From Pseudomonadota bacterium (GTDB lineage: Bacteria > Pseudomonadota > Gammaproteobacteria > Burkholderiales > REEB80): a stretch of 64,000 bases of DNA. Positions 61,172-64,000 of this stretch are shown here, in pieces. A program made the translations under genes and the position numbers. A model generated the notes under the pieces. That model saw nothing but the letters and a program-made list of their open reading frames with translations, ran no database searches and was not told the origin of the DNA. The first letter of the stretch is position 1. The number at the start of each line of letters is the position of its first letter. The stretch lies in the NCBI GenBank assembly GCA_028873515.1, contig JAGWIG010000003.1, positions 64,092 through 128,091 on the forward strand, in the 5' to 3' direction.

Positions 61172-63520
61172 ATGAGGGTTTCCGAAAACTGGCTGCGCGA
61201 GTATGTCAATCCGGATATAGGTACGGCCGCGCTGGCACATGCGCTGACCATGGCAGGTGTGGAGGTGGAGGCCATCGAGACTGCTGGTGAGGAATTTTCG
61301 GGTGTTGTGGCTGGAAAAGTTGTTTCAGTCTCCAGGCATCCAAATGCTGACAGGCTTTCTGTGTGCAGGGTTGAGGTCGGTTCTGGGGAACCGTTGCAGA
61401 TTGTTTGCGGAGCGCCGAATGTTGAGGCTGGAATGATGGTACCCTGCGCACTGGTCGGAGCCCGGTTGCCAAAACTGGTTATTGGTCTTGGAAAGCTGCG
61501 GGGAATCGAATCGCAAGGAATGCTTTGTTCGGCAAAGGAACTGGGGCTTAAGGATACTTCGGAAGGCCTGCTGTCGCTTCCTGAAGATGCAATTCCAGGA
61601 GAAGATATACGCAGGCTTTACGATCTTGATGATCATATCCTTGTACTTAAACTGACTCCAAACCGGAGTGACTGTCTTGGTATTGAAGGGATTGCAAGGG
61701 AAGTTGCAGCCATAACCGGGGTCAGTTTCAGGCCGCTCCCGATAACTGCAAAGAAAGCTGATCTGGCGGATGTATTGCCGGTCAGGCTAGAAGAGCCTGT
61801 ATATTGCCCACGCTATTATGGACAGGTAATCCGGGGGATTAAACTTCTGGCAGAAACACCTTTATGGATTAGGAGACGGCTTGAACGCTGTGGCATGCGA
61901 CCCAAAAACCTGGTTGTGGATGTGACTAATTATGTGATGCTTGAACTGGGTCAACCGCTTCATGCTTTTGATTTATCCCGTGTCCGGGGTGGAATTGTCG
62001 TGCGCCAGGCTGTGCCTGGCGAGCAACTGACGCTGCTTGATGGGCAGGTAGTCGCACTTGATGATGCCTTGGTGATTGCAGATTATGAACACCCTTTGGC
62101 CATTGCAGGTGTCATGGGAGGCCTGGACAGCGCAGTGAGCGAAAAGACACAGGATGTTTTTCTTGAAAGCGCCTGGTTTTCTCCGGAAAAGATTGCAGGG
62201 CGTGCGCGAATGTTCAATCTGGTTTCGGAAGCCGCATATCGTTTTGAACGAGGTGTTGATCCTGCTCTTGCCCACCGTGCCCTGGATCGGGCAGCTCATT
62301 TAATACTTCAGTACGGGGGTGGCAGTTGTGGTCCTGTAACCATGGTGGGTAAACCTCCAGTTTTGCGCCAGCCTCTGTTGATGAGGCTAGCCAGGCTCCA
62401 CCGTATGCTGGGGATGGACATTGCGGCAGACGAAGTGAACGGTATTTTTACCAGGCTCGGTTTTGATCCTAAGGCAACTGAAGACGGCTGGTGGGTTACT
62501 CCCCCGGGATTCCGTTTTGATTTGAGTAATGAAGCTGATCTCGTCGAAGAGGTTGCAAGGCTTTTTGGCTATGACCGGATTGAGCCCCGTATGCCAATGG
62601 GTCGTTTTGGCATGCTTCCTTCTACGGAATCAGTTATTCCTGTTTCACAACTGCATTCGTGGTTTGTTGCGAGAGATTATCAGGAAATCATTACATACAG
62701 CTTTGTTGATGCTGCATGGGAACATACTTTTGGCAGGGATTCGACTCCGCTGAAACTAAAAAATCCGATATCAAGTCAGATGAGTGTCATGCGCTCCACT
62801 TTATTTGGCGGGCTTGTCGATTGTTTAAGAAGCAATTTAAACTATAAGCAGGAAAGAGTGCGGATATTTGAGGTTGGACGTGTTTTTGTACAGGGTGAAA
62901 AGGAACTGGAACAGCCGATGCGTATCGGAGGGCTATGTTATGGTGATGCGTTGCCGCAGCAATGGGCATCTACCGCCCGTAAAACTGATTTTTTTGATGT
63001 GAAGGCGGATATTGAAAAACTGAATCCCCTGTTTCGGTTTGTTTCCGATCGACACCCTGCGTTACATCCAACCCAAACGGCACGGATAGAGCTGAATGGC
63101 ATGGCTGTAGGCTGGTTGGGTGTTCTGCATCCGAAGTGGTGCCAGCAATATGAATTGACTCATGCTCCGGTCCTGTTTGAAATGGATTTGCAGTCTGTAA
63201 GAGTGCATTTCGTGCCCAGGGCCAGACCTTTGTCGAAACAACCACTGGTAAGAAGGGATCTGGCCATAATCGTGGATGTGGGGTTGAGCTGGCAGGAGGT
63301 GCTGGATGAAATCCACACAATGCTACCTGAACAGGTTGTAGAAATTTCCCTGTTTGATGAATATCGGGGGAAAGGTATTGATACTGGTAAAAAAAGTCTT
63401 GCATTCAAGGTGATGATGCAAGATACTCAGAAAACTTTAACCGATAGCGAGGTAGATGGGATTATGCTTGGGCTGACCGGTTTTCTTGCTAAACGTTTTG
63501 GTGCCGTGCTAAGGGCATGA
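61172..63520 (+). CDS. pheT: phenylalanine--tRNA ligase beta subunit
   Basis: MRVSENWLREYV, tRNA-binding OB, B3/4, B5 and FDX-ACB domain order. 782 aa. Confidence 0.96.
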   Translation: MRVSENWLREYVNPDIGTAALAHALTMAGVEVEAIETAGEEFSGVVAGKVVSVSRHPNADRLSVCRVEVGSGEPLQIVCGAPNVEAGMMVPCALVGARLPKLVIGLGKLRGIESQGMLCSAKELGLKDTSEGLLSLPEDAIPGEDIRRLYDLDDHILVLKLTPNRSDCLGIEGIAREVAAITGVSFRPLPITAKKADLADVLPVRLEEPVYCPRYYGQVIRGIKLLAETPLWIRRRLERCGMRPKNLVVDVTNYVMLELGQPLHAFDLSRVRGGIVVRQAVPGEQLTLLDGQVVALDDALVIADYEHPLAIAGVMGGLDSAVSEKTQDVFLESAWFSPEKIAGRARMFNLVSEAAYRFERGVDPALAHRALDRAAHLILQYGGGSCGPVTMVGKPPVLRQPLLMRLARLHRMLGMDIAADEVNGIFTRLGFDPKATEDGWWVTPPGFRFDLSNEADLVEEVARLFGYDRIEPRMPMGRFGMLPSTESVIPVSQLHSWFVARDYQEIITYSFVDAAWEHTFGRDSTPLKLKNPISSQMSVMRSTLFGGLVDCLRSNLNYKQERVRIFEVGRVFVQGEKELEQPMRIGGLCYGDALPQQWASTARKTDFFDVKADIEKLNPLFRFVSDRHPALHPTQTARIELNGMAVGWLGVLHPKWCQQYELTHAPVLFEMDLQSVRVHFVPRARPLSKQPLVRRDLAIIVDVGLSWQEVLDEIHTMLPEQVVEISLFDEYRGKGIDTGKKSLAFKVMMQDTQKTLTDSEVDGIMLGLTGFLAKRFGAVLRA

Positions 63521-63652
63521 TCGTACAATTTGGGTAATGCATATTTTTGCACATGTATTTTATTAGCTCCTAAAGGGGGCAGATTTCAACTTTAAGCAAG
63601 GAGGAAACGTATAGTCCGGGCCTGTAATGCCGTGATCTTGCGTAGAGGTAAT

Positions 63653-63955
63653 ATGACATTAACTAAAGCTGAACTAGCCGATTTGCTGTTTGAAAAGGTC
63701 GGACTTAACAAACGTGAGGCGAAGGACATGGTAGAGGCGTTCTTCGAGGAGATAAGGCAAGCGCTGGAAGCGGGTGATGGCGTGAAACTTTCTGGGTTTG
63801 GCAACTTCGAGCTGAGGGATAAACCACAGCGCCCTGGCCGTAATCCCAAAACGGGTGAGGAAATCCCCATTACTGCTAGACGGGTTGTAACCTTTCACGC
63901 CAGTCAGAAATTGAAGGGTCTGGTTGAAGAGAGCTATGACGGAAACCACCAATAA
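63653..63955 (+). CDS. ihfA: integration host factor alpha subunit
   Basis: [34 protein letters not shown]...[12 protein letters not shown]. Confidence 0.95.
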   Translation: MTLTKAELADLLFEKVGLNKREAKDMVEAFFEEIRQALEAGDGVKLSGFGNFELRDKPQRPGRNPKTGEEIPITARRVVTFHASQKLKGLVEESYDGNHQ

Positions 63956-64000
63956 GGTGGAGTTGCAATCCATTCCAGCCAAGAGGTATTTTACGATTGG
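63936..64000 (+). CDS. MerR-family transcriptional regulator, 5' fragment (continues beyond window)
   Basis: ATG 63936 overlaps the ihfA end. The translation [22 protein letters not shown] matches the [15 protein letters not shown] start of the MerR-like gene that follows ihfA in betaproteobacteria (from memory). Confidence 0.55.
   Translation, partial: MTETTNKVELQSIPAKRYFTI

Overview
This is a gene-dense window of almost entirely core genome: about 66 protein genes and 2 tRNAs. I found no rRNA, no CRISPR array and no intact mobile element. Gene order and protein sequences look betaproteobacterial, possibly Nitrosomonadales-like. The supporting arrangements are rplU-rpmA-obgE-proB, tRNA-Val-thrS-infC-rpmI-rplT-pheS-pheT-ihfA-MerR-like, an orphan rnfB-like gene with nth, and bamD divergent from rluD-pgeF. 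That taxonomic call is my inference and cannot be verified here. Main blocks, left to right: (1) lpxH 3' end, two DAHP synthases of different classes, gltX, cysS, rppH and a CBS protein. (2) A rubrerythrin / HdrD-like CCG Fe-S protein / DUF3501 triad. (3) The rplU operon, ispB, tRNA-Pro and queD. (4) A translationally coupled Cys-rich mini-protein, PilS-like kinase and sigma-54 regulator. (5) glgP, cspA, ampD and nrdAB with NrdR boxes. (6) A 0.9-kb gene-poor spacer holding frame-broken ORF fragments. (7) A membrane GATE-domain protein, a class V aminotransferase, a BtuF-like binding protein, a PduO-type adenosyltransferase and two monoheme cytochromes c. (8) DUF1841-nth-rnfB-like, pyrD, algC/manB, a hydrolase, pabB, bamD, rluD and pgeF. 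(9) A one-strand sulfate assimilation block, tauE-sir-cysH-cysD-cysN-fdxA, with divergent cysB. (10) rimO, srkA, lysS, prfB (+1 frameshift), a conserved hypothetical, lolC/lolD, and the thrS...ihfA translation cluster. I did not find a defence island or any obviously novel multi-gene system. The candidates for undescribed biology are the rubrerythrin/CCG/DUF3501 module, the sulfite reductase with a long C-terminal extension ending in a cysteine-less TusA-like domain, and the three-gene sensor module. All product calls rest on motif and colinearity recognition from memory. No database search was possible.
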